Below, in pieces: positions 19,221 through 28,205 of a stretch of DNA of 64,000 nt; position 1 is the stretch's first letter, and the number at the start of each line of letters is the position of its first letter. The notes beneath the pieces were generated by a model. The model was not told the origin of the DNA. It searched no databases and worked only from the letters and a program-made list of their open reading frames with translations. This DNA comes from an uncultured archaeon. Its GTDB lineage: Archaea; Halobacteriota; Archaeoglobi; Archaeoglobales; Archaeoglobaceae. The position numbers and the translations under genes are program-made. The stretch is taken from assembly GCA_964596255.1 (NCBI GenBank), contig CAZQTT010000001.1, positions 20,327 to 84,326 of the forward strand. The letters run 5' to 3'.

Positions 19221-22200
19221 ATGGTCTCTAACAAAACAGTACAAGATTCCCAGAAAGATGCTGAATCAGATATAAAAAAGTACAGTGAATATTTATTATA
19301 TAATCCGGAAGATATAGACGCTCATTTCAACTTGGGGATCATCTATTACGAGAAGGGAGATATAGAGAAGGCCATCAAGCAATTCGAGAAATTATTGAGT
19401 ATAAACTCAAAACATACAGAGGCTCGTTTCAACTTGGGACTTTTATATCAGGTAGAAGGAGAGTTCGATAAGGCTATAGAGCAATTCAATCAGATTCTAG
19501 AGATAAATAAAAAGGATGCTGATACTCACCTAAGCCTCGGCCTGGTCTATCTGGATAAAGGAGATCATCTTTCAGCTAAAGAAGAGGTTAAAAGAGCAAT
19601 CAAGATAGACAAAAATTATTCGGAAGCTTATTTCGCCTTGGGTAAGATTTATGAGAAGCTAAGAGAAAAGGACAAAGCTACCAAAGAATATTACAGGAGC
19701 CTAAAGATAAATCCAAAGAATACCAATGCCCTATTTAGAGTGGGGAAACTGTATGTAAATCAGGGTAACCTTAGCCAGGCCGTTGAGGAGTTTGAAAAAT
19801 ATATTAAGTGGAATCCCAGAGACTTTAGAGTTTATTACGAGCTGGGAAATATATACAACCAACTTGAGGATTACACCAAAGCCGTTCAAAAATTTGAAAA
19901 AGTCCTGAAACTGAACCCCCAAAACCTTGAAGCTCATTTTGAGCTAGGCAACGCATATTACAAATTAGAAAAGTACGATAAAGCCTCAGAAGAGTTTTAT
20001 GAGGTTTTAAAATTAGATTCACAGAATGTGGAAGCCCGATACCTCCTTGGAGTAGTATACAAAATAGTAGGATCCATCGATAAAGCTGTTGAAGAGTTTT
20101 TAGAGGTTATCAGAAGAGACCATGACCATACAGAAGCACACTACAATTTAGGAGAAGTTTATTATCTTCAGGGAGATTATTACAGTGCAATCACCGAATT
20201 TGAAAAAGTCCTGACCTCAAACCCGGAAGATACCAGAATCAACTATAAATTGGGTATCTCTTATAATGAGTTGAGGGAGTACGATAAAGCCATACAGGAG
20301 TTTGAGAAAGCTCTGAAAAATAGTTCACCAGATGCTGAGTTTCACTATCACTTGGGGGTGGCTTATTGGGGTAAATCACAGCCTGATTTGGCCTTTTCTG
20401 AGTTTGAGAAAGCCATACAGGAGGGTTTTACAGGTTCCGGTGTATACTTAAATTTAGGTTCAGTACATTATGAGAGAGGAGAGATTGATAAGGCTATTAA
20501 GAGGTATAATGAGGCTCTAAAATTAGATAATAACCTGATAGAGGCTAACATTAACCTGGGTATAATCTATTATGAGAACCACATGTATGAGAAGGCAGTT
20601 AGAGAGTTCAAAAGGATTCTGGCACTGAATCCCCATAACAATGGCATAAGGAACATGTTGGCTGTTTCTTACCTGGAACTGGGAGAACACGATTTGGCTA
20701 TACAGGAATTCAATCGAGTGTTAAAGAGGGAACCCAGAAACACTGAGGCCAGGTATAGACTAGGTCTCCTATATCTCCACAAAGAAGAGATTGAATTGGC
20801 TTTAACCGAATTTGAGGCGGTAGCGAAGGAAGGAGTAAGAGACTCTAACATACAATTTAATCTGGGATTGATATATTACAAACAGAACAGATGGGAAGAA
20901 GCAATTGAGCATTTTATACAGGTCTTGAGAATGGATCCTGCATACATTGAAGCGTACTATTATCTGGGATTGGCATACAGAAATAGAGGTGATAGGGGGC
21001 TGGCCATGAAGGAGTTTCTGGAAGTGATGAGAAGGGATCCCGATCACCTGAAGGCCCGTATTTACCTAGGAATAGATTATCTTCATCAGGAATTTTACCA
21101 CCAAGCAGTAGAGGAATTTAAAAAAGTTTTACAGTTAGACTGGAACCACATAGAAGCTTTTCTAAACTTGGGAATTGCCTACTACAAATTGAATGAAATT
21201 GATAAGGCTATAGATTGTTTTGAAGAAATACTTTGGATGGACCCCAACCACACCCAAGCCAGCTATTATCTGGGAGTTATCTACAAGGATAGAGATCCCG
21301 AAAAAGCAATTCAGGGCCTTAAAAAATTCTTAACAGAGTATCCTGACGATGCTAAGGCCCACTATGATTTGGGAACTATCTACATGGAGAAAAACGAGGT
21401 AGAGCTGGCCATAAAGGAGTTCACAAAATTCTTGGAAATAGAGGACAACCTTGAAGTGCACTATAAGTTAGGTGTAGCTTACAGCAAAAAAGAGGAAATC
21501 AAGAAAGCAATCGAGGAATTTGAAGAGATCTTGAATAGAGATGCAAACCATTTAGACGCTCAATATCAGCTGGCGCTGATCTACAAGGAGAAAGAAGACT
21601 TTGACCTTGCTATAGAGTATTTTGAGAAGATTGCAGGTAAACGCAATACCTCAAATCTTGAGATTCTTCTGGATTTGGGGCAACTCTACTATCAGAAAGG
21701 AGAGCACCAGGAAGCCATTCAAAAACTGAAGACAGTTTTGAGACTGGATCCCCACAACTCACAGGCCAGCTACACACTGGCTCAAATCTTACATGACCGG
21801 GGTGAACTGGACCAGTGTATTGAGGAATATAAGAAAATCCTGAAAGCCAATCCAGATGACACCGATACCAGGTACAAACTGGGTGTGGCGTATAGGGATG
21901 TGGGGGAGACAGATCTGGCTGCCAGAGAATTCCTGGAGGTCTTTAACAGAGATCCGAATTATTATGATGCACAACTTCAGCTAGGAGTGATCTATAAGGA
22001 CAAAGGAGACATAACTCTGGCGGCAAAAGAGTTCCAGGAAGTTCTCCATAACAATCCCCAAAATTTTGATGCACACTTCTACTTGGGGATGATCTACCAC
22101 CAGCAGGAATACGATAAAAAAGCTGCTGAAGAATTCTCTGAAATCGTTAAAGTAGATCCAGACAATATTAAGGCCTATTATGGTTCAGGATATATACACT

Positions 22201-23294
22201 TTCACCAGGGAGATTTTGAAAGAGCTGCTGAAGAATTTCAGGAAGTTCTGAACCGAGAACCCAATCATTCGGATGCCCGGGTTTATTTAGGAAAAATTTA
22301 TTACAAACTGAATGAAGTAGAAAGGGCTGTAGAGCAGTTCAAAGAGGTTTTGAGATTATATCCTAACCACATCGAGGCTAAATATAATTTAGGAGTTATT
22401 TATAAGGATACAGGAGACCTCAACAAAGCTGTCGATAACTTTAAAGAAGTGGTGGAAAAAATGCCAGATAATGTGGAAGCTCGATATGATTTGGGGTTAA
22501 TATATTACCGTATGGGGAATTTTAAGTCATCTATAGAAGAACTTGAAGAAGTGGTGCGTTGGGAGCCCCAACATGTAGACGGGCTATTAAATCTGGGATA
22601 TCTGTACTACGAGCAAAAAGAAGATGAAAAGGCAATTAGAATGTTTAATGAAGTTCTGAAACTTGATCCCCAGAATGTCAGGGCCAAATACACTTTGGGG
22701 ACTATTTATAAAAACAGGGGCGAGGATGAACAGGCCATTCAGGAGTTCAATAACATCCTGGAAAGCGCACCGGATTGTGCTGAGGCCCATCTCGATCTGG
22801 GGCTTATTTATAAAGAAAACAAAGAGGAGAAAAAGGCTATTAAAGAGCTTAAAGAAGTTTTAAGATTGAATCCCCAAAATGTAGATGCTTATTACCATCT
22901 GGGAACTATTTTACGCGACCAGGAAAAATTAGAACAAGCCATCGAAAATTATCTCCAAGTTTTGGATATCGATCCCCAACATATAGATGCTCGATTAAAC
23001 CTGGGGGCAGCATATTATTATCAGGAGAGATTTAATTTGGCCATTCAGGAGTTTAATGAAGCACTAAAACTTCAACCCCAAAATCCTGACGCTCATTTTA
23101 ATCTTGGGGTTGTCAACAAGGAAAAAGGGAATCATCAAAAGGCACTGGAACACTACAAGCTTTTCCTGGAGGTGGCTACAGCAGAGTACTCCCAATTTTT
23201 CGAAATGGTGAAGGAAACCATTGACGACATTTTGAAAGAGTGCGGTAAACCGCTGGAGATGTGGGACAGTATAAGGAATAGTATGAAAGTATAA
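19221..23294 (+). CDS. Giant tetratricopeptide-repeat protein (1357 aa, TPR units almost end to end)
   Basis: Continuous 34-aa periodicity (A.Y.LG..Y...G....AI..F...L..DP.N..A). No signal peptide is visible. Confidence 0.9.
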   Translation: MVSNKTVQDSQKDAESDIKKYSEYLLYNPEDIDAHFNLGIIYYEKGDIEKAIKQFEKLLSINSKHTEARFNLGLLYQVEGEFDKAIEQFNQILEINKKDADTHLSLGLVYLDKGDHLSAKEEVKRAIKIDKNYSEAYFALGKIYEKLREKDKATKEYYRSLKINPKNTNALFRVGKLYVNQGNLSQAVEEFEKYIKWNPRDFRVYYELGNIYNQLEDYTKAVQKFEKVLKLNPQNLEAHFELGNAYYKLEKYDKASEEFYEVLKLDSQNVEARYLLGVVYKIVGSIDKAVEEFLEVIRRDHDHTEAHYNLGEVYYLQGDYYSAITEFEKVLTSNPEDTRINYKLGISYNELREYDKAIQEFEKALKNSSPDAEFHYHLGVAYWGKSQPDLAFSEFEKAIQEGFTGSGVYLNLGSVHYERGEIDKAIKRYNEALKLDNNLIEANINLGIIYYENHMYEKAVREFKRILALNPHNNGIRNMLAVSYLELGEHDLAIQEFNRVLKREPRNTEARYRLGLLYLHKEEIELALTEFEAVAKEGVRDSNIQFNLGLIYYKQNRWEEAIEHFIQVLRMDPAYIEAYYYLGLAYRNRGDRGLAMKEFLEVMRRDPDHLKARIYLGIDYLHQEFYHQAVEEFKKVLQLDWNHIEAFLNLGIAYYKLNEIDKAIDCFEEILWMDPNHTQASYYLGVIYKDRDPEKAIQGLKKFLTEYPDDAKAHYDLGTIYMEKNEVELAIKEFTKFLEIEDNLEVHYKLGVAYSKKEEIKKAIEEFEEILNRDANHLDAQYQLALIYKEKEDFDLAIEYFEKIAGKRNTSNLEILLDLGQLYYQKGEHQEAIQKLKTVLRLDPHNSQASYTLAQILHDRGELDQCIEEYKKILKANPDDTDTRYKLGVAYRDVGETDLAAREFLEVFNRDPNYYDAQLQLGVIYKDKGDITLAAKEFQEVLHNNPQNFDAHFYLGMIYHQQEYDKKAAEEFSEIVKVDPDNIKAYYGSGYIHFHQGDFERAAEEFQEVLNREPNHSDARVYLGKIYYKLNEVERAVEQFKEVLRLYPNHIEAKYNLGVIYKDTGDLNKAVDNFKEVVEKMPDNVEARYDLGLIYYRMGNFKSSIEELEEVVRWEPQHVDGLLNLGYLYYEQKEDEKAIRMFNEVLKLDPQNVRAKYTLGTIYKNRGEDEQAIQEFNNILESAPDCAEAHLDLGLIYKENKEEKKAIKELKEVLRLNPQNVDAYYHLGTILRDQEKLEQAIENYLQVLDIDPQHIDARLNLGAAYYYQERFNLAIQEFNEALKLQPQNPDAHFNLGVVNKEKGNHQKALEHYKLFLEVATAEYSQFFEMVKETIDDILKECGKPLEMWDSIRNSMKV

Positions 23295-23329
23295 GAAAAG
23301 TATTATAAATCAAATTGTCAGAATCTGAA

Positions 23330-23917
23330 CTACCAGTCTTTTAGAAGTTTTTCTACTTTATCTCTAGTAATTAGCTCTTCCTCAGGCTCTTCATCAATTT
23401 CCTCTTCAAACTGGTTTAAGCTAAGTTCCTTTGAATTGGCGTCTTCTGACCCGCTATCAGTGTCTTTTTCCAGTTTTTTACCGTATTGCTCCATTATTAT
23501 CCCTGCAGCGATTTTGGCGATTCTTTGCTCGTCAATTGGGTTTTGAGTTTTACTTTCCTCTTGTTGTTCTTCTTGCTCCGTCTTATTTTGTTCCCGTTGG
23601 TCTTCGAAGTGTGAGCAGAATAAGCACATGTAGGGGTGTAGGGGTTTTGGCTTTTTACTGGCCTGGACTTTGACATCCCTATTACAATTTTCAACATCAC
23701 TGTATTTGCAGTTGTATAATCTTTCTTTGGCACAGTAATCTGCAATTTTTAAGAAATCATTTGCATTCCCAATTTCATCAATCTGAGGTTTTTTCCGCTT
23801 TAGAAAATACCATTCGAGGAGTAATTCAACTAGCTCTGATGGCTCCTTCTGTGTCTTCTTGCACTTCTCATCTAGAAGTTCTTCAACTTCTGAAGGGACA
23901 TCTACTGTAAGTTTCAT
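23330..23917 (-). CDS. RHH-like N-terminal domain protein with a Cys-rich centre and acidic tail (candidate ParR-like adaptor)
   Basis: KLTVDVPSEVEELLDEKCKK..PSELVELLLEWY fits a ribbon-helix-helix pattern. Cys pattern C-x6-C-x7-C ... C-x2-C, then a Glu/Asp-rich C-terminus. It starts 5 nt after the actin-like gene. Confidence 0.5.
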   Translation of the reverse strand: MKLTVDVPSEVEELLDEKCKKTQKEPSELVELLLEWYFLKRKKPQIDEIGNANDFLKIADYCAKERLYNCKYSDVENCNRDVKVQASKKPKPLHPYMCLFCSHFEDQREQNKTEQEEQQEESKTQNPIDEQRIAKIAAGIIMEQYGKKLEKDTDSGSEDANSKELSLNQFEEEIDEEPEEELITRDKVEKLLKDW

Positions 23918-23921
23918 TTAA

Positions 23922-24947
23922 CTAATTTTTTACTTCTATTTCTTCTTTTTTCTTTTCTTCCTTCTCTTTACCTTTGCCCTTTTGTTTAGTTTCCTTTACT
24001 GAGTCTTTTACTGTTTGAGAATCTTTATGTTTGAATAAAGATCTGGAGAGGTTGTAATACCCTTTGGCGTTACTGGAAACTGGTTCTTGTGGCCTCACTA
24101 CGTCAGCTATGTCCTGAAAATTCTTTTTGAATTCATCATAAACACCTGGCAAGAGTGACCCCCCACCAGCGAGTACTATTTGATCTACAATTTCCGTAGA
24201 CAGACCTTCTATAACTGACTTGGTTCTGCTTACTATTCTATCCAGCCATCTGTTTATTAGCCTGTCATACTCTGCCATGACTTCCTTATGAGATACTTTG
24301 ATGGTTTTACCGCTCCTTACTCTACCTATCTCATAGTTGGGGGTGGTCAGCAACCTGGTTATCTCTTCGGGAGTCACACCAATCCCATAATTCTTCCTGA
24401 TAATAACTTCCAGATTGTTGTGCAACCAATCCACTCCTTGCAAAAGCGTATCTCCTTTAACATACTCCAGTTGATGGAGAACAGCGATATCAGTCGTTCC
24501 GAACCCAATGTCCACACATACTCCTGTCTGGACACCCATATGGGCCAGTGTTCCTACAGGCTCAGGGTAAATAGCAACTTCAGCATTAAAATGCTTCTCT
24601 ATACCATTTTTAAGTTCTTCTCGCTCGTTTTTGGAAGATTTTACCGGCATTCCAGTTGCTATTACTTCCGGCTCAATATTCATTGTTTTAAAAGCGTGTT
24701 TTGCCAGTTCTATATACGACTGGCTTATAATTCGTCCTTCATGAAGTGGACGTTCTGCTTCAATATTTTCCATGTTCTGAACCATTGTTAGAGCTTCTTC
24801 TCCAACATAAGTATCCTTATTTTCCTCCTTAAAAGTCCAGTCTTTTTCGTCTTCATAAACAACTATACTGGGGAATTGAGTGACTTTTCCGCCATCCATT
24901 GTGGCTTTAGTATAGTTGGTTCCGATATCCAACCCTACTATCTTCAT
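23922..24947 (-). CDS. Actin-fold ATPase, ParM/Alp-like
   Basis: MKIVGLDIGTNYTK (phosphate 1), VCVDIGFGTTDIAV (phosphate 2) and IVLAGGGSLLPGV (adenosine). 341 aa with a Lys/Glu-rich tail. Confidence 0.75.
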   Translation of the reverse strand: MKIVGLDIGTNYTKATMDGGKVTQFPSIVVYEDEKDWTFKEENKDTYVGEEALTMVQNMENIEAERPLHEGRIISQSYIELAKHAFKTMNIEPEVIATGMPVKSSKNEREELKNGIEKHFNAEVAIYPEPVGTLAHMGVQTGVCVDIGFGTTDIAVLHQLEYVKGDTLLQGVDWLHNNLEVIIRKNYGIGVTPEEITRLLTTPNYEIGRVRSGKTIKVSHKEVMAEYDRLINRWLDRIVSRTKSVIEGLSTEIVDQIVLAGGGSLLPGVYDEFKKNFQDIADVVRPQEPVSSNAKGYYNLSRSLFKHKDSQTVKDSVKETKQKGKGKEKEEKKKEEIEVKN

Positions 24948-25052
24948 AATAATTATTGTAATTGTAAATTATATAATAATTTCCCTCAGGGTATTAGAGA
25001 TGTGATAATGCGACAAAGGGAAGTACCAAACATAAAAAAGAAAATCCCCTTC

Positions 25053-26384
25053 TTATATCCTGCAGGACTTTGGAGTGTCTAAGGAGTGAATACCCCTCGC
25101 CTTAACCACATTGAGATATCTATGGACCCCTGTTTCATCTTTTTTGAAGCTGAGTTCAATTACTGCCTGAACAAAACTCTCTTCCAGGCCGTTCTTTTCT
25201 GTGTGTTTATCCTTGACAAGCAGAACGGTACTGTCCAGATTCTCAGAATTTATTATCATTTTCCTGGCGATATCCCTGGCCCAGGGATGATTTAAAATCA
25301 GCAGTGTAGTGAAAGTATCTATAACCACTCTATTTGCCCCCACCTTCCTGATGTGCCCGTATAAATCATTCAAAATCCTTTCACAGTATTCTATAGGCGA
25401 AATATCTCCGTGGAACACCTTTTCTTTTAATTCTTCTACCTGGTGGGTCAGATCATACAGGTAGAGCAATTCACGGTCGATATAATCTCTAAGGTTGTAA
25501 TCGAGCATCTCAAAATCTTGAATAAGATGTTCTGGGTTCTGATCCGTTAAGATTAAGAGTGATTTTTCTCCTCTCCTGCAGCCTTCCAGTAAGAACCTTA
25601 TACCAAATGTAGTTTTCCCCGAACCCATATCCCCAGATAAAAGATAAACCCGGTTCTTTATGAGGCCTCCTCCCATAATCCTATCCAGCACAGGGATACC
25701 AGACGGGATGAGGTATTTTCTTTTCTCCAATAACTTATCGACAGCCTGTCTATCAAATATCTCTAATTCTCTACTTTCTGCATATTTTTTAGCTTCCTCA
25801 GATAAATTAGAGAGAGAAACGACCATGTAATCCAGTCCTATGTCATTTTCCTTTCCACAGAACTTTTTCACCTGGTTGGTGTCCACTTCCTTTCCTTCTG
25901 GTATCACATCGATAGCTGTGTCCTTCCCTTCATAGTTTGATGCAAATAAACTAATTGTGTATTTTGTTCCCGATTTCCCCACGACTTCTCCTTTTCTTAC
26001 AATGTTGCTGTATCCCTTACTTACCAGAAAGCTTTCTGCAAGTTCGAGTGACTGGTTCTCAATTTTATTGATGAGGTTTTCACAAACGTTACGGGCCATT
26101 TCAAAAGCATTATTCCACGCTGTATCCTTGTCTACCCCCTTTTTCATCTGTTCTTTTGCTTCTGTCTTTATACCGTGAAAAAGAAGCTCTTTGGTGAATC
26201 CAAACCCGTAGTCATCAATTTTTTCAATATAGTCGATAATCCTGTCTATAATTTCTTCTGATGGAGCATCCGTCTGTTTATTTGTATTCTGACGTATTTC
26301 ATTACCGACTATTGTCATCTCAATTAACTCCTGATTTAGTAACTGAAGGAGAGCCAGTTGTTTATGTGTTAATTTCCTGCACAC
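25053..26384 (-). CDS. Fusion protein: N-terminal region, Mrr-like (restriction endonuclease fold) domain and KaiC/RecA-like ATPase
   Basis: C-terminal domain has IPSGIPVLDRIMGGGL..LLSGDMGSGKTTF (Walker A) and RVVIDTF (Walker B). The middle part (LAESFLVSKGY...YMVVSLSNLSEEAKKYAESRELEIFD) resembles the Mrr catalytic-domain layout. The start could instead be the ATG at 26318, which has AGGAG upstream. Confidence 0.65.
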   Translation of the reverse strand: MCRKLTHKQLALLQLLNQELIEMTIVGNEIRQNTNKQTDAPSEEIIDRIIDYIEKIDDYGFGFTKELLFHGIKTEAKEQMKKGVDKDTAWNNAFEMARNVCENLINKIENQSLELAESFLVSKGYSNIVRKGEVVGKSGTKYTISLFASNYEGKDTAIDVIPEGKEVDTNQVKKFCGKENDIGLDYMVVSLSNLSEEAKKYAESRELEIFDRQAVDKLLEKRKYLIPSGIPVLDRIMGGGLIKNRVYLLSGDMGSGKTTFGIRFLLEGCRRGEKSLLILTDQNPEHLIQDFEMLDYNLRDYIDRELLYLYDLTHQVEELKEKVFHGDISPIEYCERILNDLYGHIRKVGANRVVIDTFTTLLILNHPWARDIARKMIINSENLDSTVLLVKDKHTEKNGLEESFVQAVIELSFKKDETGVHRYLNVVKARGIHSLDTPKSCRI

Positions 26385-26603
26385 CCCTCCAGGTACAGAA
26401 TACCTGTTTTTATTTCTCTCTAAATATTTCTTCTACTGTTTCTTATAAAAAAATTATTAGTAAAATACGATAATACTCATTATCACCAGAAACATGACTT
26501 TGAGACGAGACTGAGCTAATTCTTCATTATGTAGCGAGGGTAGAAGCTTAACGTTGAGTGGTAATAGTATCAATTTTAACCACAGGAAATTTTTTGTAGT
26601 AGT

Positions 26604-28205
26604 TTGATTATGATAATAATAATGAATATGCAAACGGGTACTATTACTGGCCAAAGTGTTCCTAGTCATTATAAAATCATAGAACAACTTTACGGTGAAC
26701 TGGATCACAATATCTTAAACAATAAAGAGCCTCCTGAAAATATAGAGGTCATAGACGATTACTGGGTTGTGCCTGGTTTCTCTAAAATACAGATCTGGAG
26801 AGATTATGTGGATAAATTCGAGTACAATTACGTTCTTATTGAACCGCCAATATCTGAAGAGGAATACTCTCTACTTAACTCTATCTACAATGATATGAGA
26901 CGCTCTCTGGTATTGAATGACTATTCTACAGATGAGAGCACCAAAACTACGGTAATAATGGAGGTTCTGGACGAATTGATAAAGGAATATGCTCTTGAAT
27001 TGGAACCAGAGCTAAAAATGAAAATCCTGTATTATCTATTGAGGAACTTCATAGGGTTTGGTACCATAGATTCCATCCTGAACGATAAGTATGTAGAAGA
27101 TATATCATGCGATGGATATGACATCCCCCTCTACATTTTTCATACCAAGCACGGAGGGATGCGAACAAACGTGAAGCTCAGCAGGAACAGACTCGATTCT
27201 CTGGTAACACTGCTCTGCCAGAAATCAGGTAAATACATCTCTTATGCAAATCCGCTTATAGATGCTTCCCTACCTGACGGAAGCAGACTTCATGCAAGTT
27301 ACGGAGAGGAGATAACTCCCAGAGGAAGTAGTTTTACCATAAGAAAGTTCAAGGAAGACCCTTATACTCCAATCGATTTGATGAATTTCGGCACTCTAAG
27401 TTCTGACATAATCGCTTATTTCTGGTTGCTTATGGAGCACAAAATGAACGTTATGGTTATAGGGGAGACTGCCAGCGGGAAGACCACCACACTAAATGCT
27501 TTAACTATGTTCATTCCTCCCGAATCAAAAATTGTGTCCATAGAAGATACCAGAGAGATTCAACTTAATCACGAAAACTGGATAGCTGAACTAACACGAA
27601 TCGGAATTGAAGGAAGTGGAGAAATCTCAATGTATGACCTGTTGAAGACCACTTTGAGGCAAAGGCCGGATTACATAATTGTGGGTGAGATCAGGGGAGT
27701 GGAAGGGCAAACCCTTTTCCAGGCCATGTCCACAGGCCACTCGTCGCACTCTACGCTACATGCAGGGGATATGAGTCAGCTTATTTACAGATTGGAGAAC
27801 GAGCCTTTAAAGATACCCAGGATCATGATACAGTTTCTTGATGCCGTTGTGGTGCAGAACATGTGGTCCGGAAAAGGTGTGAGGAAAAGGAGAGCCAATC
27901 AGGTGAGCGAGATATTTGGTATTGACCAGACAAATAAGGATTTGCTTTTGAACCCTATTTACAAGTGGAACTCGGCGAAAGACTCGTTTGCAATTCAATC
28001 TCAATCTAAAAAACTGAAGAAGATCTCAGAAGTTACCGGTGAGAGCGTCTCCATAATTCAAGAAGAGAAAAAAAGAAGAAAATTATTCCTGGAAAAAATG
28101 CAGAGAAGAGGTATAAGCAATTATAACGACTTTTCCCATTTCGTTAATATCTATTATAAAGATAGCCAAAAAGCTATGGAGAGGTTAGATGAGGGAACGG
28201 GTTAA
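26604..28205 (+). CDS. FlaI/ArlI-like type IV filament assembly ATPase (type II/IV secretion NTPase family)
   Basis: Walker A VIGETASGKTTTLNAL, Walker B PDYIIVGEIRG and His box GHSSHSTLHA. The start is ambiguous among several TTG/ATG codons at 26604-26631. Confidence 0.9.
   Translation: MIMIIIMNMQTGTITGQSVPSHYKIIEQLYGELDHNILNNKEPPENIEVIDDYWVVPGFSKIQIWRDYVDKFEYNYVLIEPPISEEEYSLLNSIYNDMRRSLVLNDYSTDESTKTTVIMEVLDELIKEYALELEPELKMKILYYLLRNFIGFGTIDSILNDKYVEDISCDGYDIPLYIFHTKHGGMRTNVKLSRNRLDSLVTLLCQKSGKYISYANPLIDASLPDGSRLHASYGEEITPRGSSFTIRKFKEDPYTPIDLMNFGTLSSDIIAYFWLLMEHKMNVMVIGETASGKTTTLNALTMFIPPESKIVSIEDTREIQLNHENWIAELTRIGIEGSGEISMYDLLKTTLRQRPDYIIVGEIRGVEGQTLFQAMSTGHSSHSTLHAGDMSQLIYRLENEPLKIPRIMIQFLDAVVVQNMWSGKGVRKRRANQVSEIFGIDQTNKDLLLNPIYKWNSAKDSFAIQSQSKKLKKISEVTGESVSIIQEEKKRRKLFLEKMQRRGISNYNDFSHFVNIYYKDSQKAMERLDEGTG

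Noticed and set aside
19731-22863. Several 60-81-aa ORFs on both strands inside the TPR gene (for example 19731-19937, 20802-21047, 22663-22863)
   Set aside because: They lie entirely within a 4-kb ORF that has a clear 34-aa TPR periodicity. They are by-products of biased, repetitive codon content.
19221-23294. Nucleotide-level repetitiveness of the TPR gene as a mobile or satellite repeat
   Set aside because: The periodicity is at the protein level (34 aa) with divergent DNA. There are no identical DNA units.
24288-24791. 167-aa ORF antisense to the ParM-like gene
   Set aside because: The minus-strand frame has all the actin-fold motifs. The plus-strand ORF is compositionally odd (Phe, Ser and Cys rich).
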